Assembly: GCA_963422645.2 (NCBI GenBank)
Contig: CAXXVO010000014.1
Span: forward strand, 32,001-96,000
Source of the DNA: Alphaproteobacteria bacterium
GTDB lineage: Bacteria > Pseudomonadota > Alphaproteobacteria > UBA828
DNA: 64,000 nt
Reading direction: 5' to 3'
Positions 45,442 to 58,179 of the stretch are shown here, piece after piece (positions within the stretch are counted from its first letter, which is position 1; each line of letters begins with the position of its first letter). The notes under the pieces are model-generated. The model did no database searches and was not told the DNA's origin. It saw only the letters and a program-made list of their open reading frames with translations. The position numbers and the translations under genes are program-made.

Positions 45442-47421
45442 ATGACCACGGCACCGAGCGAGGCGCTCACGCTCTATGGCACCGAGCAGGAGAGGCCGGA
45501 AGCGCGGACTCTCACCGCCGGCGCGCTCACGGCCGAGCTCGAGGCCGGCAAGCTGCGCTGGATCCGCTACGGCGGCACCGAAGCACTGCGCGGGCTTGCC
45601 TTCGTCGTGCGCGGCGGGGGGTGGGAGACCTATGCGCCGCAAATCGCCAATCTGGAGATCGAGGAACAGGGCGGCGGCTTTCGCGTGGGCTACGACGGGC
45701 GCATCGACTCTCCTGACGGCGCGCTCAGCTACCGGGCCGACATCGTGGCGGAGAACGAGCGGAGCCTGGTCTTCACGGTGGAATTCGAGCCCGAGACCGA
45801 GTTCAGGACCGGCCGGACGGGCTTCGTCGTACTGCACCCGGTGGAGGGTGTGGCGGGCGAGGCCTGCACCATCACCCACAGTGACGGCACCGTGGATGAG
45901 ACCGCGTTCCCCGGCCTGATCATGCCGCTTCAGCCCTTCTTCGACATCGCCGCCATGCGCCATCGGGTCTCGCCGGGGGTCTGGCTTACCTGCCGCTTCG
46001 AAGGCGCCGACCCGTGGGAGACCGAGGACCAACGCAACTGGACCGACGCCTCCTACAAGACCTACTACCGCCCGCTCGCGCTGCCCTTCCCCTACACGCT
46101 GGCGGCCGGCGAGCGGCTGCGGCAGGTCGCGACGCTCAGCATCGAGGGGGGCTCTGCAGCCGTCGCGACGGGGGCCGGGGATGACGGCGCGGTCGAGATC
46201 GCCCTCGGCGGCGCGACCGGGACGCAGATGCCGGAGATCGGGCTCGGCGTCGGCAACTTCGAGCGCGACCACCTCGACCACGGGCTCGACCTGCTCAAGG
46301 CTCTCGGACCTGGGCACCTCGTCTGCGAATGCGACCCGCGCGACGCTCATGCGGCAGACGCGCTCGCCGCCGGCCGGGGCCTGGCCGAGGCCCTCGATGC
46401 CGAGGTCGTGCTGGAGATCGCGGTGCCCTGCGAGCAGCCCGTGGCCGACGAGCTCGCGCAGGCTGCCGAGATTGCGGGCGGCGCCGGGCTCGTGCCGGAC
46501 GCCATCGTGCCGGAGCAGGCACGGCTCCTGAAGTTCACCCTGGAGAAGATTCCGGCCCTCGGCATCCCCGACTTCGACGAGGTCTACGGCGCGGCGAGCG
46601 CGGCCTTCCCCAGCGTGCGGCTCGGCGGCGGTGTCTTCACCAACTTCACCGAGCTCAACCGCAATTGCGCCACGCCCGACCTGTTCGACTTCCTCACGCA
46701 TGCCACCTGCGCCGTGGTGCACGAGCCGGACGATCTCTCGGTGATGGAGACGTTGCAGACGCTGCCGGACATCGTCGCCTCGGCCAAGGCGTGGGCCGGC
46801 GGCAAGCCCTACCGGATCGCGCCGAGCGCCATCGGCATGCGCTTCAATCCCTACGGGCCGGACGTCCACCACAACAGCGACAACGGGCGCTACTCCTTCA
46901 ACCGCCAGGACCCGCGCCACCGCGCCCTGCTCGGCGCCGCGTTCACGCTCGGCTATGCCGCGCGGGTGGCGCCGCTCGGCCTGGAAGCGCTGGCGATCGG
47001 CCAACCTTCCGGCGCGCTCGGCATGGTCTATCGCAGGACCGCGCACCCGCAGCCCTGGTTCGACGATCTCGATGGTCCGGCGGTGCCGCCGCTCTATCAC
47101 ATCGTGGCGTCGCTCGCGGCGGCGAAGGGTGCGGCGGTCCGCGCGGTGACCAGCGGCGATGCGACCCGCGTGCTGGGCCTCGCTTACGAAAAAGGGAGCG
47201 GCACCCTGCTCTGGCTCGCCAACCTCACGCCGGCGCCCCAGACTGTGACAGTCTCGGGCCTCTCGGGCGGCTCGGCCACCATCGGCCGGCTGGATTCGAG
47301 CAACTTCGTGGATGCGGTGACCGACCCCGCGGGCTTCGCCGCAAGCCCGGGCCGGCCGGGCGATCCCAGCCGCCTCCAATTGGCGCCGTTCGCGGTCTCG
47401 CGTATCGAGATCGGCGCTTAG
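45442..47421 (+). CDS. D-apionate lactonase-like protein
   Basis: LYGT..LTAGAL, GFVVLHP, PLQPFFD, ETEDQRNWTDASYKTY, GGGVFTNFTELNR and DPRH motifs, as I recall them for the ApnL family. Confidence 0.75.
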   Translation: MTTAPSEALTLYGTEQERPEARTLTAGALTAELEAGKLRWIRYGGTEALRGLAFVVRGGGWETYAPQIANLEIEEQGGGFRVGYDGRIDSPDGALSYRADIVAENERSLVFTVEFEPETEFRTGRTGFVVLHPVEGVAGEACTITHSDGTVDETAFPGLIMPLQPFFDIAAMRHRVSPGVWLTCRFEGADPWETEDQRNWTDASYKTYYRPLALPFPYTLAAGERLRQVATLSIEGGSAAVATGAGDDGAVEIALGGATGTQMPEIGLGVGNFERDHLDHGLDLLKALGPGHLVCECDPRDAHAADALAAGRGLAEALDAEVVLEIAVPCEQPVADELAQAAEIAGGAGLVPDAIVPEQARLLKFTLEKIPALGIPDFDEVYGAASAAFPSVRLGGGVFTNFTELNRNCATPDLFDFLTHATCAVVHEPDDLSVMETLQTLPDIVASAKAWAGGKPYRIAPSAIGMRFNPYGPDVHHNSDNGRYSFNRQDPRHRALLGAAFTLGYAARVAPLGLEALAIGQPSGALGMVYRRTAHPQPWFDDLDGPAVPPLYHIVASLAAAKGAAVRAVTSGDATRVLGLAYEKGSGTLLWLANLTPAPQTVTVSGLSGGSATIGRLDSSNFVDAVTDPAGFAASPGRPGDPSRLQLAPFAVSRIEIGA

Positions 47422-47461
47422 CCGACAGAGCATTCCGACGGATCGAGACGGGTAGGAGAAC

Positions 47462-48262
47462 ATGACAGAATTCGCCCTCAAGGAGATGTCCCGCCACGGC
47501 CGGCTCAAGGTCGGCACTTTTTTGGTGGAGTTCAGCACACCGGGGATCGGCCAGATCCTGAAGGCCGCCGGCTGCGAGTTCGTGCTGCTCGACATGGAGC
47601 ATTCCGGCTTCGGCTTCGACACGATCAAGCAGGTGCTGCGCTACATGCAGGCGGGCGATATGCCGACGATCGTGCGCGTGCCCTCCCGCGAATACCACCA
47701 CGCGGCGCGCGCCATGGACATGGGGGCCGAGGGCATCATGCTGCCGATGGTGGGCTCGCCAAAGGTGGCGCGGGAGCTGCTGAGCTACGTCAAGTACGCG
47801 CCCGACGGCGAGCGCGGCGTCGCGCTGCAAATCGCGCACGACCGCTACGCGCCGGGCGACGTGAAGCAGAAGCTGCGGAACGCCAACAGGCGCTGCACCT
47901 TCGTTGCCCTGATCGAGACCGGCGAGGGGGTCGAGAACGTCGATGACATCGCGGCGATCGAGGACGTCGACGTGGTCTGGATCGGCCACTTCGACCTCTC
48001 GGTCTCCATGGGCATCGCCGGCCAATTCGACCACCCGGATTTTGTCGCGGCGGTGGCGCGGATCGCGGGTGCCGCGAAGAAGCACAACAAGTCACTCGGC
48101 CGGCTGGTGCCCAACGTCGAGACCGGCGTGGCGCTCTACAAGGAAGGGTTCGACTTCATCTGCTATTCGGGCGACGTCTGGCTGCTGCAACAGTCCATGC
48201 GTGAAGGTGCGGAGGGCTTGCGCGCCCAATGCAAGCGCGGCCGGCGGCGGCCCAAGAGATAA
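47462..48262 (+). CDS. HpcH/HpaI class II aldolase
   Basis: LDMEHS, VRVP, KYAPDGERG, IETGEG, IGHFDLS. Confidence 0.92.
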   Translation: MTEFALKEMSRHGRLKVGTFLVEFSTPGIGQILKAAGCEFVLLDMEHSGFGFDTIKQVLRYMQAGDMPTIVRVPSREYHHAARAMDMGAEGIMLPMVGSPKVARELLSYVKYAPDGERGVALQIAHDRYAPGDVKQKLRNANRRCTFVALIETGEGVENVDDIAAIEDVDVVWIGHFDLSVSMGIAGQFDHPDFVAAVARIAGAAKKHNKSLGRLVPNVETGVALYKEGFDFICYSGDVWLLQQSMREGAEGLRAQCKRGRRRPKR

Positions 48263-48278
48263 GGGAGATCGACAGGTT

Positions 48279-49331
48279 ATGGCCGAGAAATTCAAAATCG
48301 CACTGAGCGCGGACTATCTCACGCCGGAGGGCGAGCCGCTCTTCCCGATGTTCGATCGCGGGCCGCTCGACGACGATCCGGACATCGAGTGGAGCTACCT
48401 GAAGAACAGCGACGGGCCGGTGGACGCGGCGGAGCTCGCCGGGCACGACGCGCTGATCCTGCTGGCCCAGCGCTTCGAGCGTTCCAGCGTGCCGAGCGAC
48501 GGCAGGCTCGCCATGGTTGCGCGCTTCGGCGTCGGCTACGACAGCGTGGACGTGCAGGCCTGCACCGACAACGACATCTGCCTGGTCATCACGCCGGACG
48601 GTGTGCGCCGGCCGGTCGCGGTCGCCATCATCGCGTTGATCCTCGCGGTCACCGGCAAGCTCCTGATCAAGCACCAGCTGACCATCGAGGGCCCGGCCGG
48701 CTTCGCCCGCAGGTCCGGGTACATGGGGGTGGGCATCGTCGGCAAGACCCTGGGCTCGGTCGGCATCGGCAACATCGGGGCCGAGATGTTCCGCATGGCC
48801 GCCCCCTTCGACATGAACTTCATGGCCTGCGACCCCTACGCCGACCCGGCGGTGGCGGAAGAGCTGGGGGTGCAGATGGTCGATCTCGACACGCTCTGCC
48901 GGGAGTCGGACATTCTGACCGTCAACTGCCCCTTGAGCGACGCAACCCACCACATCGTCGATGAGCGGCTGATCGGAATGATGAAGCCCACGGCCTATCT
49001 GGTGAACACCTCGCGCGGCGGCACGGTGGACCAGAAGGCGCTGACCGTGGCGTTGCAGGAAGGGCGGATCGCCGGCGCCGGGCTCGACGTGCTCGACCCC
49101 GAGCCGCCGGACCCGGACGACCCCATCCTCAAGCTCGACAACGTGGTCTTCTCGCCGCACGCGCTGGCCTGGACCGACCAGTGCTTCGCCGGCCTCGGCG
49201 CGGGCGACGTCATCGCCTGTCAGGCGCTGAAGCGTGGGGAGCCGCCGAAGGCCATCGTCAACCGCGAGATTCTCGACAACGCGGCCTGGCGGGCCAAGCT
49301 CGCGCGCTACGCCGAGATTTTCGGCGGCTGA
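48279..49331 (+). CDS. D-isomer-specific 2-hydroxyacid dehydrogenase
   Basis: GVGYDSVD, GIGNIG, VNTSRG, LDV..PEP, SPH. Confidence 0.93.
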   Translation: MAEKFKIALSADYLTPEGEPLFPMFDRGPLDDDPDIEWSYLKNSDGPVDAAELAGHDALILLAQRFERSSVPSDGRLAMVARFGVGYDSVDVQACTDNDICLVITPDGVRRPVAVAIIALILAVTGKLLIKHQLTIEGPAGFARRSGYMGVGIVGKTLGSVGIGNIGAEMFRMAAPFDMNFMACDPYADPAVAEELGVQMVDLDTLCRESDILTVNCPLSDATHHIVDERLIGMMKPTAYLVNTSRGGTVDQKALTVALQEGRIAGAGLDVLDPEPPDPDDPILKLDNVVFSPHALAWTDQCFAGLGAGDVIACQALKRGEPPKAIVNREILDNAAWRAKLARYAEIFGG

Positions 49332-49351
49332 TCCTCAGCCGCCAAGCGCTT

Positions 49352-49385
49352 ATCCCTCGAATCCCGCCCAATCCCGGCGAATCCC
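49352..49385 (+). repeat. Four phased ATCCC direct repeats upstream of the acyl-CoA dehydrogenase operon
   Basis: ATCCC at 49352, 49361, 49371 and 49381. Confidence 0.5.
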
Positions 49386-49467
49386 GCACAAAATTAGTGC
49401 CCGCACGATCCCACAGGGCTCTCAGCAGGCCGCGCGACCGGCGCGCTATGGGAAGTCGCCGCACGCC

Positions 49468-50625
49468 GTGACCGGATTCGATTTTCCGCCGCCGGCGATG
49501 CCGCCCGGCACCGATGCGCTGCGCGACGAGGTTCGCGCGTTCCTCGCGGAATCGCGAGAAACCCAGGGCTGGCGGCCCGATTCCGACTTCGGCTCGGACT
49601 GGTCGTCCTCCTTCAGCCGTGCGCTCGGCGCGCGGGGCTGGATCGGCATGTGCTGGCCCAGGCGTTACGGCGGGCACGAGCGCTCAGCGCTCGAGCGCTA
49701 CGTCGTGATCGAGGAGCTGCTGGCGGCCGGCGCGCCAGTCTACGCCCACTGGGTGGCGGACCGGCAGAGCGGCCCGCTGCTGCTGCGCTTCGGCAGCGAG
49801 GAAGAGCGCCAGACGATCCTGCCCCGGATCGCAGCCGGGAAATGCTACTTCGCCATCGGCATGAGCGAGCCCGATTCCGGCTCCGATCTCGCCTCGGTCC
49901 GCACCCGCGCGGAGCGGACGGCGGAGGGCTGGCGCATCGACGGCACCAAGGTGTGGACCAGCAACGCCCACCGCTCGCAATACATGATCGCGCTCTGCCG
50001 CACGGGGCCCGCCGGCGAGAGCCGCCACGAAGGCCTCAGCCAGTTCCTGATCGACCTCGAAGCCGACGGCGTGCGGGTGAGCCCCATCGTCAACCTCGCC
50101 GGTAAGCACGACTTCAACGAATGCGTCTTCGAGGATGTTGTGATTCCGGCCGACAGGCTGATCGGGCAGGAGGGCGACGGCTGGCGTCAGGTCACCGGCG
50201 AGCTTGCGCTGGAGCGGAGCGGGCCCGAGCGCATCCTCAGCACCTTCCACCTCTTTGCTGGGCTGGTCACGGCGGCGGGGCCGGATCCCGAGCCTCGGCT
50301 CGCCGAAGCGATCGGGCGGCTCACGGCGGAGCTTTATGCGCTCCGCGCCATGTCCCTCGCCGTTGCCGGTCAACTGGAGAAGGGAGAGCTCCCGGAGGTC
50401 GAGGCCGCCATCGTCAAGGACATGGGTACCCGCTTCGAGGCCGAGGTTGCGGAGACGCTGCGCCGCGCCGTGCCGCTGGAGCCGGTCGCGGGGGGAAGCG
50501 CCAACGCGCCGTCGCTCGCTTCCGCGCTGGGCTCTTCAGTGCTGGGGCTGCCCTCGTTCTCGCTGCGCGGCGGCACCAACGAGGTCCTGCGCTCGATCAT
50601 CGCCCGCGGCCTGGGTGTCAGGTGA
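49468..50625 (+). CDS. Acyl-CoA dehydrogenase family protein
   Basis: GMSEPDSGSDLAS, GTKVWTS, ERS, GGTNEV; start GTG uncertain. Confidence 0.93.
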   Translation: MTGFDFPPPAMPPGTDALRDEVRAFLAESRETQGWRPDSDFGSDWSSSFSRALGARGWIGMCWPRRYGGHERSALERYVVIEELLAAGAPVYAHWVADRQSGPLLLRFGSEEERQTILPRIAAGKCYFAIGMSEPDSGSDLASVRTRAERTAEGWRIDGTKVWTSNAHRSQYMIALCRTGPAGESRHEGLSQFLIDLEADGVRVSPIVNLAGKHDFNECVFEDVVIPADRLIGQEGDGWRQVTGELALERSGPERILSTFHLFAGLVTAAGPDPEPRLAEAIGRLTAELYALRAMSLAVAGQLEKGELPEVEAAIVKDMGTRFEAEVAETLRRAVPLEPVAGGSANAPSLASALGSSVLGLPSFSLRGGTNEVLRSIIARGLGVR

Positions 50626-50632
50626 GGGCGCG

Positions 50633-51700
50633 ATGAGCGACGAGACGACGCGCCTGATCGAGCAGACCGCCGACGACCTGTTTGCGGCGGAGAGCGCGGG
50701 CGCTCGCGCGGCGCTCGCGGAAGGCTCCTGGCCGGAACAGCTCTGGCAGACCTTCGCCGAGACCGGGCTCGCACAGGCGGCGTTGCCCGAGGAGGCCGAA
50801 GGCGCCGGGCTCGCGGCCGGGCTCGCGGTGCTGCGCGCGGCAGGGCGCCATGCCGCGCCGATCCCGGCTGCCGAGACAATGGTGGGGGCTCTACTCTGTC
50901 ATGCGGCGGGAATCGAGGCGCCGGACGGCCCGTTGACCCTCCACGCGCTGCCGGATGGAGCGGGTGCCGGCGCCGCCGCTGCCCTCCCGCGAGTCCCGTG
51001 GGCGCGCTTCGTCTCCGCCGTCGTGTTCGTCGCTCCAGGCGAGGGGCTGGCCTCGTGCAAGCCGGTCGATATCAGCGAGGGCGCCAACCTGGCCGGTGAG
51101 CCGCGCGACGACGTCACGCTTGCCGGCCCGCCGGACCGCTTCGCCGCCTTGCCGCCGGAGGTGGACGGCTTCGCGTTGATGGCTGTCGCGCGCGCTGCTC
51201 AGCTGCGGGGAGCGATGGAACGCGTGCTCGCCATGAGCGTAGGCTACGCGCACGACCGTGTGCAGTTTGGCCGGCCGTTGGCGCGCTTCCAGGCGATTCA
51301 GCATTACTTGGCCGAAATCGCCGGCGAGGCGGCCGCCACCGGGGCCGCGGTGGATGCGGCTGCGGAGGCGGGCACCCCCTTCGCCTTCGCCGCCGCCAAG
51401 GCGCGGGCGAGCCAGGCGGCAGGCACGGTCGCCCGCCTCGCGCATCAGGTGCACGGCGCCATCGGCTACACCGCGGAGCACGACCTGCATATCTGGACCA
51501 AGCGGCTCTGGGCCTGGCGCGACGAGTACGGCAACGAGGCCCACTGGTGGCAGGTGCTCGGCGCCGAGACCGCGCGGGGTGGTGGCGCTGCGCTCTGGCC
51601 GACGATGGTCGCTGCCTCCGGCAGCGCGGTAGCAGAAGCCTCCGGCAACGCGGCAGCAGAAAAAGGAGGTAACTACCCAGGTACCCCAATCCTGAGTTGA
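50633..51700 (+). CDS. Acyl-CoA dehydrogenase family protein (second subunit); last codons supplied by the IS
   Basis: RVQFGRPL..FQAIQH, HQVHGAIG; the C-terminal GNYPGTPILS is read from the IS left end. Confidence 0.9.
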   Translation: MSDETTRLIEQTADDLFAAESAGARAALAEGSWPEQLWQTFAETGLAQAALPEEAEGAGLAAGLAVLRAAGRHAAPIPAAETMVGALLCHAAGIEAPDGPLTLHALPDGAGAGAAAALPRVPWARFVSAVVFVAPGEGLASCKPVDISEGANLAGEPRDDVTLAGPPDRFAALPPEVDGFALMAVARAAQLRGAMERVLAMSVGYAHDRVQFGRPLARFQAIQHYLAEIAGEAAATGAAVDAAAEAGTPFAFAAAKARASQAAGTVARLAHQVHGAIGYTAEHDLHIWTKRLWAWRDEYGNEAHWWQVLGAETARGGGAALWPTMVAASGSAVAEASGNAAAEKGGNYPGTPILS

Positions 51701-51753
51701 GGACGGTGATTATGGCGGCGGCCGCGGCCTGGTTCTGCCACCGCGATTGGTTC

Positions 51754-51782
51754 TTGACCTCATAGAGTTGCGGGACTATGGA
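51754..51782 (+). promoter_or_regulatory. Putative sigma70 promoter for the MTase-transposase pair
   Basis: TTGACC-17 nt-TATGGA inside the IS, upstream of ATG 51811. Confidence 0.35.
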
Positions 51783-51810
51783 CTGCTCTCTCGCGTGACG
51801 GGAGCGGTCC

Positions 51811-52476
51811 ATGGGGTATTTCGGCTCGAAGGCGACAGCAGGTCTGTGCCAAGCGCTGATTGCGCTGATGCCGCCGCACTCCGTCTACATCGAAAGCCAC
51901 CTTGGGGGCGGGGCGCTGATGAAGCGCAAGCCGCCGGCCGTGCGTTCGATCGGCATCGACCGCGATGCGCAGGCGCTCGAGGCCTTCGTCTGCGACTACC
52001 CGGTCGATCTGGTTCACGGCTGTGCCCATGACTTCCTGGCCTCGTTCCCGTTCCTGGGCCCGGAGCTGGTTTACAGCGATCCGCCCTATCTGCACGCGAC
52101 CCGCCGCTCGGCGCAGCGCTACCGCTTCGAGTACGAGGAGGCCGGCCACGTCGCGCTTCTCGCGCTGCTCAAGGCTCTGCCCTGCCAGGTCATGATCTCG
52201 GGCCATCCGTCGGCGCTCTATGACGAGGTGCTGGCGGGATGGCGCCGGCTGGCGCTGCAGGTCACGACCCAGGGTCTGGTGCGAACCGAGGTCGTCTGGT
52301 TCAACTACGCCCCCGACCGGATGCATTGGGCCAGCCACGCAGGCCGGAACTTCACCGACCGCCAGCGCATCAAGCGCAAGGCAGCCAACTGGGGCCGGCG
52401 CTACCAGGCCTTGCCGCCGGGCGAACGCCTCGCCGTGCTCGCCGCCATGATGGCCGTCGAGGCCGAAGACACGTGA
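51811..52476 (+). CDS. DNA adenine methyltransferase (Dam/D12-like, compact)
   Basis: YFGSK (motif X), YIESHLGGG (motif I), IGIDRD, VYSDPPY (motif IV), MISG, RTEVVWFNY. Confidence 0.9.
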   Translation: MGYFGSKATAGLCQALIALMPPHSVYIESHLGGGALMKRKPPAVRSIGIDRDAQALEAFVCDYPVDLVHGCAHDFLASFPFLGPELVYSDPPYLHATRRSAQRYRFEYEEAGHVALLALLKALPCQVMISGHPSALYDEVLAGWRRLALQVTTQGLVRTEVVWFNYAPDRMHWASHAGRNFTDRQRIKRKAANWGRRYQALPPGERLAVLAAMMAVEAEDT

Positions 52477-54011
52477 CGGTGTCGCACTGGCACGAAGACC
52501 TCGCCGCCCGTAACGAGGCCTTCTGCTGCCTGAAGGAGCTTCTCGAGCCATCATCCCTCGCAACCACTGTCGTCGTTGCCGTCCGGGAATGGGGGCAGGG
52601 GCTGCTGCGATCAGCCACCGCGCTCGCCCGGGAAAATGCCGCACTCGAGCAGGAGAACGCGGCCCTGCGCGAGCGCATCGCCGAACTCGAGCGCAGCGCG
52701 GCCCTCAACAGCACCACAAGCAGCAAGCCCCCCGCCAGCGACGGGCTCAAGAAGAAAAGCGGAGCCCAGAGGCGCACCCAAAGCCAGCGCGGAAAGTCCG
52801 GCGGGCCCAGTGGCGGCCAGCCCGGCCACAAGGGAACCACCCTCGCGCGGAGCGACAGCCCGGACCGTGTCGTCGATCACCACCCCTCCACCTGTTCCGG
52901 CTGTGGCGTCGAGCTCTCGGACGCCGACCGGCAAGGCGCGCCCGCCTGTCGGCAGGTCTTCGACGTACCCGAGCCGCAGCCTCTCGAGGTCACCGAACAC
53001 CGCGCCCATCGCTGCCTCTGCGGCGCATGCGGCACGCTGACACGAGCCGCCTTCCCGCCGGGCGTCACCGCCCCGGTCCAGTACGGCCCTCGCATCACCG
53101 CTTGGGTGAGTTACCTGCTGTACGCCCAGTTCGTGCCCGAGAAGCGTCTGGCCGAACTCATGAGCGACATCTTCGCGGTGTCCATCTCCACTGCCACGAT
53201 CGCCGCCATGGGCCGGCGCACAGCGCAGCGCTTCGAGGGCTTCCTCGACCATGTCGCCGATCTGATCCGCACGCAGGCGCCGGTCAAGCACCTCGACGAG
53301 ACCGGCCTGCGTATCGCCGCCCGTACCCGCTGGCTCCATGTGCTGTGCACCCCGTTGCTCACCGTCCTGCGCATCGGCGAGGGACGCGGCGATGTCGAAA
53401 AGAACCTGAAAGGCATCCTCGTCCACGACGACTTCGCCCCCTACTTCACCATCAAGGGCGTCCGCCACGGCGCCTGCAACGCACATCACCTGCGCGAACT
53501 CCAGGCCCTGATCGACATCGAGAAGGAGGAATGGGCGGCGAGCATGCACCGCCTGCTTCAGCGCGCGCGCAGGGCCGCCCGCTTCGCCCGTGAGAAAGAC
53601 CGTCAAGTCCCCGCCTCCCTGGTGGCCCGCATCTCAAGGGCATGGGACCGTATCCTCGAAGAAGCCATCGCCTTCCATGAGGCCCAACCGCCGCTCCAGA
53701 TCGCAAAGCGAGGGCGAAAGAAACGCCGCATCGGCCACAACCTCGCGCGCCGCCTTCAAAAGCATAAGGAGGGCTGCCTGCGCTTCCTCACCGACCTGCG
53801 CACGCCGTTCACGAATAACGAGGCGGAGCGTGACATCCGTATGAACAAAGTGCATGAGAAGATCTCAGGCGGCTTCCGCTCCCTGCAAGGCGCCTGCAAC
53901 TTCGCCGGAATGCGCAGCGTCATCGTCACCGCTCGAAAGCAAGGCTGGAACATCCTGCAAATCCTGGCGCACCCGGAACCGATGCAGCTGATCCCTATAC
54001 TGCGCTCCTGA
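52473..54011 (+). CDS. IS66-family DDE transposase (single-ORF type)
   Basis: Coiled coil, NSTTSSKPPASD, GGQPGHKG, CxxC zinc fingers, DETG, CNAHHLREL, TNNEAERDIR; its GTG overlaps the MTase TGA. Confidence 0.95.
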   Translation: MTVSHWHEDLAARNEAFCCLKELLEPSSLATTVVVAVREWGQGLLRSATALARENAALEQENAALRERIAELERSAALNSTTSSKPPASDGLKKKSGAQRRTQSQRGKSGGPSGGQPGHKGTTLARSDSPDRVVDHHPSTCSGCGVELSDADRQGAPACRQVFDVPEPQPLEVTEHRAHRCLCGACGTLTRAAFPPGVTAPVQYGPRITAWVSYLLYAQFVPEKRLAELMSDIFAVSISTATIAAMGRRTAQRFEGFLDHVADLIRTQAPVKHLDETGLRIAARTRWLHVLCTPLLTVLRIGEGRGDVEKNLKGILVHDDFAPYFTIKGVRHGACNAHHLRELQALIDIEKEEWAASMHRLLQRARRAARFAREKDRQVPASLVARISRAWDRILEEAIAFHEAQPPLQIAKRGRKKRRIGHNLARRLQKHKEGCLRFLTDLRTPFTNNEAERDIRMNKVHEKISGGFRSLQGACNFAGMRSVIVTARKQGWNILQILAHPEPMQLIPILRS

Positions 54012-54191
54012 ACTTCTCCGGCTCATCCTGAGTATCGCTGTCCTCTCATCTTGTTCGCGACGCGGCGTTCATCATCCTCTCGCGCTCAAGAGAGTAGGCA
54101 CCCCCGCGGCGTGGGGGCGTTGACGCAAAAGGAACTGGCTTGTTCCATAAGAGAGAGGGGGTACCTGGGCAGTTACAAAAGGAGACCGCCC

Positions 54192-54983
54192 GTGAGCGAC
54201 GAGATCCGCCTGGAGGTCGCGGAGCGTGTCGCGACGATCACGCTCAACCGGCCGCACAGGCGCAACGCCTTCACCCGCTCCATGATCGATGCCTGGGCCG
54301 CGGCGCTTGCGGACTGTCGCGACCGCGCGGATGTGCACGTGGTGGTGGTGACCGGGGCCGGCAAGGCCTTTTGCAGCGGCGGCGACATCAAGGAGCTGAT
54401 GGGGGAGGGGCTGGAGCAGGCGCCGGCCGAGCAGCGCGCGACGATCGGCGAGCACGTGCATCGCATCCCGCTCACCCTCGCCGACATGGACAAGCCGGTG
54501 ATCGCGGCGATCAATGGTGCCGCCATCGGCGCCGGCCTCGACCTCGCGCTCGCGATGGACCTGCGCTTCGCTGCGGCCTCGGCCAAGTTTGCCGAGACCT
54601 ACGTCAAGGTCGGGCTCGCACCGGGCGCCGGCGGTGCGCACTGGCTGCCGCGGCTGGTGGGCCAGGCCAAGGCGCTGGAGCTGCTGTGGACGGGCGTGGC
54701 CATCGACGCGGTGGAAGCCGAGCGCATCGGTCTCGTCAACCGGGCCTGCGCAGACGACGAGCTGATGCCGCAAACCATGGAGCTCGCGCGCCGCCTGGCG
54801 GACGGACCGACTTTGGCCATCCGCGCCATCAAGCGGCTGGTGCGCGACGGCATCGGCGGCGATCTGCGCGCCGGGTTGGACAGGGCCTCTGCCACCTACG
54901 GCGTGCTCGGCGCTACCGAGGATCACCGCGAGGCGGTGAGGGCCTTCATCGAGAAGCGCACGCCGCGCTTCCAGGGGCGGTAG
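54192..54983 (+). CDS. Enoyl-CoA hydratase/isomerase
   Basis: LNRP..RNA, FCSGGDI, NGAAIGAG, AFIEKR.P.F.GR. Confidence 0.94.
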   Translation: MSDEIRLEVAERVATITLNRPHRRNAFTRSMIDAWAAALADCRDRADVHVVVVTGAGKAFCSGGDIKELMGEGLEQAPAEQRATIGEHVHRIPLTLADMDKPVIAAINGAAIGAGLDLALAMDLRFAAASAKFAETYVKVGLAPGAGGAHWLPRLVGQAKALELLWTGVAIDAVEAERIGLVNRACADDELMPQTMELARRLADGPTLAIRAIKRLVRDGIGGDLRAGLDRASATYGVLGATEDHREAVRAFIEKRTPRFQGR

Positions 54984-58091
<3,108 letters not shown>

Positions 58092-58179
58092 TTCGGCGGT
58101 CGAACGCTCGGCGTCCGGTCGTTTAGGCCGGCACTGCTGTCTTGACAGCGGCCGGCGCCGGCGTTGATGTCGTACTGCC

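Larger units (their letters stand above)
51669..54176 (+). mobile_element. IS66-family insertion sequence carrying a DNA methyltransferase passenger gene, 2,508 bp
   Basis: IRL GTAACTACCCAGGTACCCC and IRR (reverse complement) GTAACTGCCCAGGTACCCC, 18/19 identical; 8-bp duplication AAAAGGAG at 51661-51668 and 54177-54184. Confidence 0.95.

Noticed and set aside
52239-52472. N-terminal extension of the transposase (590-aa ORF)
   Set aside because: Overlaps the MTase in another frame with non-coding composition; GTG 52473 coupled to the MTase stop is more plausible.
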